A stretch of DNA of 60,981 nt from Patescibacteria group bacterium (lineage in GTDB: Bacteria > Patescibacteriota > Patescibacteriia > XYB2-FULL-38-15): NCBI GenBank assembly GCA_041653675.1, contig JBAZEY010000007.1, forward strand, positions 1 to 60,981, given 5' to 3'. Position 1 is the first letter of the stretch; each line of letters starts with the position of its first letter. This document shows, in pieces, positions 25,738 to 32,299 of the stretch. The notes beneath the pieces are model-generated. The model saw only the letters and a program-made list of their open reading frames with translations. It had not been told where the DNA came from and did not search any database. The position numbers were made by a program, and so were the translations under genes.

Positions 25738-25749
25738 CATTTTTTAAGA

Positions 25750-26316
25750 TTAAAGATTTAAAAGTATAAAAAGTAAAAACGCGGCTGCTCCCATTTCCGC
25801 CCGGAGCTTCCCTATCTCGCGGGAAAAAATCATTTTACAATTTGCTTCGGAAAGTCCGGCGATTTCGGAAATTTCCCGATAAGACATTTCTCCCCAAAGC
25901 CGCATCATGATAATTTCCCGATGCGCCGGGGAAAATTTCGTTAAATATTTTTTTACCTCATTCAATTTTTCTCGCGCGTCTAAATCAACTTCTAAATTTT
26001 CCGAAGCGGCCAAATCCCAAACATCTTCAATGTTTTCACTCGGCCGGGCGGCTCGATAATGATCAATCACTGCGTGGCGGGCAATGCCATAAAGCCAGGC
26101 GGAAAAACTCCCGCGGCTAATTTTGTATCCGCTGATATTTTCCAAAACTTTCATAAAAATATCAGAGACTAAGTCTTCAGCCGTTTCTTTATGATAAGTT
26201 TTGTAATAAACGAAGCTGTATATTTTTTTTACATACGCCTCGTAAAGCGCGCCAAAACCCTCAAAGTTTCCGGCTTGGCAGGCTATGATAATTTGTTTTT
26301 CTTGGATTGAATCCAT
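25750..26316 (-). CDS. ECF-type RNA polymerase sigma-70 family factor
   Basis: Region 2 (ETAEDLVSDIFMKV..; SAWLYGIARHAVIDHYR) and region 4 (MSYREISEIAGLSEANCKM). Confidence 0.85.
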   Translation of the reverse strand: MDSIQEKQIIIACQAGNFEGFGALYEAYVKKIYSFVYYKTYHKETAEDLVSDIFMKVLENISGYKISRGSFSAWLYGIARHAVIDHYRAARPSENIEDVWDLAASENLEVDLDAREKLNEVKKYLTKFSPAHREIIMMRLWGEMSYREISEIAGLSEANCKMIFSREIGKLRAEMGAAAFLLFILLNL

Positions 26317-26479
26317 AAAATTCCGGAATTAATGAAGCTTCTACTCTTATCTACGTTTTAAAAACAAAAAGGTAACAACTGATTTAATTGTATCACAAAA
26401 AGAGTCGGCTGCCTTGACTCTTTTAAAAATTTGAACTTAAATATATTGATTGGGGGTACTTTTGGTAAAGGAGGAACCA

Positions 26480-26818
26480 ATGACACTCAAAGAACTCGCG
26501 GCGAGAGGCGATCTCGTGAACCGAATCTTCCGGGCGCACGAAGAATCCAAATTCGCTTATCGCGGAATTGTCGCGAAAGTGGAAATCGAAAAAAACTGTG
26601 TTATTTTTTCCCTTGTAAACTACGCCCGACGTTTTGAGGGAAAGCCAAGGCACAGCACATGGAAGCATCTCCAAGACACGGAAATTGGTTTTGGGGGGAA
26701 AACGACAATCCAGATCGTGGACGAAATCATCACCTTCTCTCTGCCTAAGGTCAGCCGCATTTACCTCTATCCTGCGGGAACAAAAGTGGAGGAAATGGAA
26801 CATGCGCCGCTCGCCTGA
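26480..26818 (+). CDS. hypothetical protein (112 aa), high-GC cassette
   Basis: The ATG is preceded by AAAGGAGGAACCA. Start trimmed to MTLKELAARG. Overlaps the next ORF by 17 nt. Confidence 0.5.
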   Translation: MTLKELAARGDLVNRIFRAHEESKFAYRGIVAKVEIEKNCVIFSLVNYARRFEGKPRHSTWKHLQDTEIGFGGKTTIQIVDEIITFSLPKVSRIYLYPAGTKVEEMEHAPLA

Positions 26819-27176
26819 TTGGAAAGCAAATGCCATCATTCTGCTCCTGGCGCTCGGAGTGGGCGCGCTCTACGGCATCACATCCGGATTCATTTTCTGG
26901 CTCTTCGGCTGCGAGAATGCCGTAGAAATCGGAGAAATTGTTTCTACTGCAGCCGGCGGTCTCGCGCTTCTTGCGGCGCTTCTCTTCATCGCCTACATCC
27001 TCGCTCCGAGAAATGAATTTGAACAACCGCTTAGTCAACTCGAACGCGGATTCGTCTGGCTGGCCGGTATCTCCCTCTGTATCCTTATCGCAATTCCTTT
27101 TGTCGCGAGGGCACTCGGGCGATTCTTGTGCCGCGTCTTTGGGACAAACGCACCCCAGGAGGAAAAAACTCAGTGA
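26802..27176 (+). CDS. membrane protein (124 aa, 3-4 TM), high-GC cassette
   Basis: MRRSPDWKANAIILLLALGVGALYG... Followed by a terminator at 27185-27214. Confidence 0.5.
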   Translation: MRRSPDWKANAIILLLALGVGALYGITSGFIFWLFGCENAVEIGEIVSTAAGGLALLAALLFIAYILAPRNEFEQPLSQLERGFVWLAGISLCILIAIPFVARALGRFLCRVFGTNAPQEEKTQ

Positions 27177-27184
27177 CCACACCC

Positions 27185-27214
27185 ACCGCGAACACATCTT
27201 CGCGGTCTTTTTTT
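27185..27214 (+). terminator. Rho-independent terminator
   Basis: ACCGCGAA-CACATC-TTCGCGGT followed by T7. Confidence 0.65.
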
Positions 27215-27216
27215 AT

Positions 27217-27251
27217 AAAAAAAGCGCCGCAAGCATCGCTGCCTTTGGCGC
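27217..27251 (-). terminator. Rho-independent terminator (convergent)
   Basis: GCGCC..GGCGC stem preceded by an A7 run (T7 on the minus strand). Confidence 0.5.
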
Positions 27252-27260
27252 AAGAGTTCT

Positions 27261-27455
27261 TTACTCTTTTCCCCTCCTTACTGCCCGGTGGATTTGAGGG
27301 AGCACTTCTCTTTGCCCCCGACACTTGACGCACACCCCAGCTCGGTAGCGGCCACCGACAGGAAGCCGGCAATCATCACACCGGCAAATTCCCCGGCCGT
27401 TGCAATGGTCGCAACGAACCGTCGCACTCGCGTTGGAGGTTACGTCATTTTTCAT
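27261..27455 (-). CDS. Cys-rich mini-protein with a DnaJ-type CxxCxGxG zinc finger (64 aa)
   Basis: The ATG is preceded by AAGGAGAG. Sequence CDHCNGRGICRCDDC..CVKCRG. Confidence 0.5.
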   Translation of the reverse strand: MKNDVTSNASATVRCDHCNGRGICRCDDCRLPVGGRYRAGVCVKCRGQREVLPQIHRAVRRGKE

Positions 27456-27536
27456 GCCTATCTCTCCTTGGGTAGCGAATAGTTGGCGCGCCTGGTAATT
27501 GCCCTTCCCGCCAACCGCCAAGCCCGTCGCAGAGTT

Positions 27537-27740
27537 CTACATCATCCCCCGCGTTTGCTTCATGGTAAAGGCCATGAGTCCGTCAGGCTCGCGCGGCGGC
27601 GGCTTGGGCGTGGGCGGCGGACTTGCGTAGAGCACAATGTCCCACCCGCCCTTGTGGTCGCAGAGGGGGCACCCTTTTCCCCCGCAGGACCTGCAAGTTT
27701 GCCAAACCGACGCTTCCACCTTCCCCTTCACTCTCGGCAT
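27537..27740 (-). CDS. mini-protein with a double CxxCxGxG-like zinc finger and a Pro-rich tail (67 aa)
   Basis: The ATG is preceded by GGAAGGAGAAACAAGGA. Sequence CRSCGGKGCPLCDHKG, then PPPTPKPPP. Confidence 0.5.
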   Translation of the reverse strand: MPRVKGKVEASVWQTCRSCGGKGCPLCDHKGGWDIVLYASPPPTPKPPPREPDGLMAFTMKQTRGMM

Positions 27741-27804
27741 TCCTTGTTTCTCCTTCCCTTTCCTTCAGAAAAACCTCTGATCCCATGCCGAACACAATAT
27801 CAAT

Positions 27805-27833
27805 AAATTATCACTGAAAAATTTCTTTGTCAA
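27805..27833 (-). promoter_or_regulatory. sigma70-type promoter TTGACA-17-TAATTT driving the zinc-finger mini-genes
   Basis: Minus-strand TTGACA at 27828-27833 and TAATTT at 27805-27810. Confidence 0.5.
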
Positions 27834-27898
27834 GATAAAATTTCATAGAAAACAAAAAAGTCTGCCACAAGACAGACTTTTTATTTATTCTTTTCTAA

Positions 27899-28672
27899 TT
27901 ATTTTTCAAGGCCAAATGTAACAGACACCGTCGCGGATATTTCCTTTTCTTTTGTCGACAAATCGTAGGCGCCGTAATCAGCCACATCAGTTGAGTTCGG
28001 CGGTAAAATCTGGATTACACCGGTCTTCGCCGTGGTCGGTTCGCCGACTTTCAAACCCGACCCGTTCGCGATCGCCTCGGCTCGAGTTTTCGCGTCCGCG
28101 GTTGCCGCGGCAAAAAGTTCTGGGCGAAGTTCGGTCAATTTTGTGTAATAATATTCCGTCCGTTGATATTCTGGAACAAGGCCCAGGGCAACGAATTTTT
28201 TTGTTTCATTGGCCAGGCGGTCGACTTTTTCTATATCATAACTTTCTACTCTAAGCTCTACTCGGACATTGTAGCCAATAATATTTTGCGTGTAGCCGTA
28301 GCCGGGTAATTGTTCATAAACCGCGTCTGTCTGCACGGGCAAAAAAGTAATGCCTTTCGCGTCAATGCCGAGGTCTGTTACAATTTTAGTAATTTTTGTT
28401 TTATCGCTCGCGATTTTATCAATTGTCTCCGCGAGATTTTCAATCGTCGCCCGACGGGTAAAATTTGTTGTCCATTTTGCAAGATCCGCTTCCACTAATT
28501 TTTTTGTGGAACCTGTGACAGTCAGCCCGCCTGTCTGGCGGCTCTGATAAAGTTTGTCTCCCAAAAAATAAAGCCCGCCCAAAAGCGCGAGGCCAAGGAC
28601 AATCGCCGCCGCAACAAGTCCGCCGCGGCAGCATGATTTTGTCTCACAGCATTCTTTTTTCTCTTCTGCCAT
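27899..28672 (-). CDS. SIMPL (DUF541)-like membrane-anchored protein
   Basis: Cys-rich N-terminus (CCETKSCC), a TM segment, then a GLTVTGS..-type SIMPL-like domain. Confidence 0.5.
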   Translation of the reverse strand: MAEEKKECCETKSCCRGGLVAAAIVLGLALLGGLYFLGDKLYQSRQTGGLTVTGSTKKLVEADLAKWTTNFTRRATIENLAETIDKIASDKTKITKIVTDLGIDAKGITFLPVQTDAVYEQLPGYGYTQNIIGYNVRVELRVESYDIEKVDRLANETKKFVALGLVPEYQRTEYYYTKLTELRPELFAAATADAKTRAEAIANGSGLKVGEPTTAKTGVIQILPPNSTDVADYGAYDLSTKEKEISATVSVTFGLEK

Positions 28673-28690
28673 AAATTTAAAATTAAATAA

Positions 28691-29827
28691 TTATTTTCTT
28701 TCTAAATTAATTACGACTATCTCCGGCCTAGCAAATGTTCTCATTGTTATTCCCCAAGCTCCGAGTCCACTTGAAGTATAAATCGCGAAATTTTCTTCTT
28801 GACGCAAACCATAATCATAACCACGGAAAATAATTTTTCCCAAAATGCCAAATGGAAAAACCTGGCCTTCGTGAGTGTGTCCTGAAAGCATTAAATCTAC
28901 CCCCGCGTTTTTTGCCCGATCAACCTCAAGCGGGCTGTGATAAAGAAGAATCGACGGCTCTTCGGGATTAAAATTTTTAATTCCCCCAATCGCCGCTTCT
29001 ATGTCTCGTGCCTCACTCCCCTCGGGAAAACTCACGCCAACAATTTGCAAACCATCTAGCATTACCACTTCATCTTTTAGAATTATGGTTTTAGTCGAGT
29101 CCAGAGCTTCATACGTTCGCTCTAACCCAAAATATGTTTCATGATTGCCGGTCACAAAATATGTTCCACTCGGGGCTTTTAGGCTGTTCAACGGCGAGAC
29201 GGATTGAGTTAAATTTTTTCCATCCATTCCGTCAATCAAATCTCCCGTGATAAAAACTATTTCTGGATTTAAAACATTTATCTTGTCCACTGTTTCTTGT
29301 AAAAACTTTTTCCCAAAAACATGCCCCAAATGCACATCGGAAATTTGAACTGCTTTTTTTCCTTGCCAGGCAACGGGTAAATTTTTTATGCTCACTGTAA
29401 TTTCTTTAATTTTTGGATGGTAAGCGTTCCAAACGCCATAAATTGAAAAAAATAAAGCTGCCACTATAGCAATAACACCGACAATTTTTAAGTTTAATTT
29501 CTTTTTAAAAATTTTACCTATCAAGACCGCGCCCCATCCAAAAGCGAGCGCGATGTCCAAGTTTAAGGCTAAGCCAAGCCACAGGCCGGCGAGAAAATAA
29601 AAAATTCTCGTTCCGCCGTTTGCGCTAACATGAGCCAAAAGAGTCGCCACTTCAAAACTAATGGCTCCTAAAAATAAGACTATAGCTAATTGTCTTTTTG
29701 CCCGTTCCTTACTCCCGAGATCAAAAAAATTTTTAGCGGAATAATAAATAAAAAAATGGCCGATAAAAACCATGGCCAAAAAGGTCGAAAGGAAGGTTGC
29801 AACTAAAATTAAAATGATGAGAGGCAT
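28691..29827 (-). CDS. membrane-bound metallophosphoesterase
   Basis: N-terminal TM helices. Motifs SDVHLG, GDLIDG, GNHE and GHTH. Confidence 0.85.
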   Translation of the reverse strand: MPLIILILVATFLSTFLAMVFIGHFFIYYSAKNFFDLGSKERAKRQLAIVLFLGAISFEVATLLAHVSANGGTRIFYFLAGLWLGLALNLDIALAFGWGAVLIGKIFKKKLNLKIVGVIAIVAALFFSIYGVWNAYHPKIKEITVSIKNLPVAWQGKKAVQISDVHLGHVFGKKFLQETVDKINVLNPEIVFITGDLIDGMDGKNLTQSVSPLNSLKAPSGTYFVTGNHETYFGLERTYEALDSTKTIILKDEVVMLDGLQIVGVSFPEGSEARDIEAAIGGIKNFNPEEPSILLYHSPLEVDRAKNAGVDLMLSGHTHEGQVFPFGILGKIIFRGYDYGLRQEENFAIYTSSGLGAWGITMRTFARPEIVVINLERK

Positions 29828-29923
29828 ATCTTTATAATAACATTTTTTTCTTAAAAACTAAACTTAAAAGACCCTCAGGGGTCTTTATTTAAAAAAATAT
29901 CTAAAATATTTTTGCTACAAAAA

Positions 29924-31117
29924 CTATTGGCCTATCTCTTTTGCGAGTAATTCCTTCCCCTTTTCCGCCCATTGGCCTTCTTCATAATATTCCATTTCCA
30001 AAATATAATCTGAAATAATATTTTCGCGCTCTGACTTTTCAGAAAGAGTTGATGTATACATTTCCAATACATCATATTGCACCGCCAACCTTTTATCTTT
30101 ATCTTCTATTTGAAGCCAAATATTATTTTCAAATGCCCATAAGGAAAAATCCGGATCGTCCATGCTCTCGCGAATTATTTCCAATAATTTTGTCTGGGTT
30201 TCTTCTTGGGTAATGCCAGAAAAATCCGCTCCGGGGAGTAAATCTTTTATCGGCCTTATCATTGAATCGAGATACTCGTCGAGATTTTTTTCATCATACG
30301 GAATATCTTGTACCATATATGCCGGCTTCATCAAAAGATGAATGCGCTCTGCATGATTAGGCAAATCTATAACTGAAAGCGCATCAACGAGCGCTTGAGC
30401 TTCGGCAAAAGATAAATCAGTTTTTATCATCTTATATATGATGTACTCCAATGCCATGTTCATGCTTGAATTTTCTTCCGGGAGAAACCGCACCATCATT
30501 TGTTTTATAAAAGTGGAATGATTGTGCGCCCGCTGCGGTTCACCAATCGCATAACCCTGCCGCTGCCGAAGCCATTGAAGAGTTTCCGTGGTGGGCAGGC
30601 CAAAATATCTAAAAATCCCAAGCGCTTCAGAAAATCCGACGACGACAATATAATCTGCTTTTTGGCCAAGAATTTTTTCTATCTGCGTAATGCCATATTC
30701 AAGCCCGCCCACTTCGCAAGATTTTGACACATAATAATCTGACGGCAAATATTTACCGCCCAGCGGCAATGGCGAGTATGTTCCGCGCGGTACAGCAGTA
30801 ATCGTCACTTCTTGTTTTTTCTCATCAATATTAATAAATTGGATGGCGTCGCAATGACCCTTCGTATCGCCCGTTCTTCGATCAAGTCCAATAAATAATA
30901 TTCGAACTACACTATCGTCACCAAAGGGATTGACCGGCTCATTTTTTTCTGCTTCACTCCGACGGGATTCCAAAAATTGATTAATTTCCTTATTTAATGA
31001 CTCTTCTTTTTCTCTCTCTGCTGATTGAGCTTGGTAAAAATAAATTCCCCTCGCCACAAACCACGCGCCGAAGCCAAGAACAATTATTACTAAAATAATT
31101 AAAATTATTTTTTTCAT
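29924..31117 (-). CDS. LCP (LytR-CpsA-Psr) family protein with a C-terminal extension
   Basis: TM anchor. ILFIGLDRR..HCDAIQFINID..TITAVPRGTY resembles the LCP core. Confidence 0.6.
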   Translation of the reverse strand: MKKIILIILVIIVLGFGAWFVARGIYFYQAQSAEREKEESLNKEINQFLESRRSEAEKNEPVNPFGDDSVVRILFIGLDRRTGDTKGHCDAIQFINIDEKKQEVTITAVPRGTYSPLPLGGKYLPSDYYVSKSCEVGGLEYGITQIEKILGQKADYIVVVGFSEALGIFRYFGLPTTETLQWLRQRQGYAIGEPQRAHNHSTFIKQMMVRFLPEENSSMNMALEYIIYKMIKTDLSFAEAQALVDALSVIDLPNHAERIHLLMKPAYMVQDIPYDEKNLDEYLDSMIRPIKDLLPGADFSGITQEETQTKLLEIIRESMDDPDFSLWAFENNIWLQIEDKDKRLAVQYDVLEMYTSTLSEKSERENIISDYILEMEYYEEGQWAEKGKELLAKEIGQ

Positions 31118-31208
31118 GTTAATATATTGTACCCCATATTACATAAATAACAACACGAAAGTCAATGGATAATAAAAAACCGCCTCATCGGCGGAAATTT
31201 TTTGCAAA

Positions 31209-31279
31209 TGGACCGTGGGAGAATCGAACTCCCGCCTTCCGGATGCAAACCGGATGCACTACCACTATGCTAACGGCCC
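31209..31279 (-). tRNA. tRNA-Ala (anticodon UGC), no encoded CCA
   Basis: Hand fold: acceptor GGGCCGT/ACGGTCC with the G3:U70 identity pair, anticodon loop TTTGCAT, T loop TTCGATT. Confidence 0.9.
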
Positions 31280-31313
31280 AAGTTATAAATTATGATATAA
31301 TGATTTAACGCTT

Positions 31314-32090
31314 ATGTCAATAAAACTTATCGTTTTAGGCAGCGGGCCATCGGAGGAAATTCCGCGATCGGGTTGCCGCTGTTCCGCTTGTCTTGATGCG
31401 AAAAAACCAAAAAGTAAAAGCCAACGAACAAGGAGTTCGGTTATTTTGGAGTGGCATAAGAAAAATATTTTGATTGATTGCGGTCCGGATTTTCTAAAAC
31501 AAATAAAAAGAGAAAAAATTGGCACAGTAGACGCGGTACTTTTAACCCACGGCCACGCGGATGCAGTCGGTGGATTAAAAAAATTACCGCTAGATGGCCC
31601 GCTAAAAATTTTTACGGAAAAACAAACTTTAAAATATGTTAAAAGAATTTACGGAAAAATTCCACCGGGCGAAATTATAAAACCTGGCCATTCGCTAAAA
31701 ATTTTGGGGATAAAAATTATTCCGTTTCGCGTAAAACATGCTCTCCGAGAAAAAACTTTCCCGACTTTGGGATTTAAAATTGGCCCGCTAGTTTACGCCT
31801 CGGACGTTAGCTCTGTTCCCAAATCTTCAGAAAAATATTTTAAAAACGCTAGAGTATTATTTTTAGACGGCGCCATGTGGCTCGGTACAAAGATGATTTG
31901 GCACTTGTCAGTTGAACAATCAATTGATTTTGCTAAAAAATTTCACGCTAAAAAATTATACCTAACGCAAATCGGCCACAATTATCCGCCGCATAAAATT
32001 GCCCAAAAAGAAATCAACAATCACTGCCGAAAAAATAAAATTAATTTTCCGGTTATCCTGGCCTACGACGGTTTAAAAGTCAAAATTTAA
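31314..32090 (+). CDS. MBL-fold metallo-hydrolase (PhnP-like)
   Basis: N-terminal CRCSAC and the THGHADAVGG motif. Confidence 0.75.
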   Translation: MSIKLIVLGSGPSEEIPRSGCRCSACLDAKKPKSKSQRTRSSVILEWHKKNILIDCGPDFLKQIKREKIGTVDAVLLTHGHADAVGGLKKLPLDGPLKIFTEKQTLKYVKRIYGKIPPGEIIKPGHSLKILGIKIIPFRVKHALREKTFPTLGFKIGPLVYASDVSSVPKSSEKYFKNARVLFLDGAMWLGTKMIWHLSVEQSIDFAKKFHAKKLYLTQIGHNYPPHKIAQKEINNHCRKNKINFPVILAYDGLKVKI

Positions 32091-32299
32091 AAACCATATT
32101 CCGCCGCCGCAAACTCCTTGCTAAATCGGGAGTTTTTTGTTACAATAAACATAAATCTTAATTTACCCCCACACCTAAAACACATTTCTTAACCAATTTA
32201 TGTGGGGGATTAAATCTTTATGTCTAATCTAGTCTACGCGCACAAAAAACGATTAGGTGTGAGGGTTTAATTTTAATTTCAGAAATACATTAAATAATT

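Noticed and set aside
26423-26839. 138-aa minus-strand ORF in the high-GC cassette.
   Set aside because: The plus-strand ORFs have strong SD sequences, translational overlap and a terminator. The minus ORF has none of these and is probably a GC artefact. This call is not certain.
31283-31525. 80-aa minus-strand ORF.
   Set aside because: It overlaps the 5' end of the MBL-hydrolase gene antisense and starts just beside tRNA-Ala, with no supporting signals.
32100-32299. T-box riboswitch upstream of ileS, and likewise upstream of trpS at 51473-51495.
   Set aside because: No T-box consensus (..GGGTGGTACCGCG..) or specifier-loop architecture is visible. The trpS upstream gap is only ~20 nt. The ileS leader is retained only as a low-interest alternative-pairing observation.
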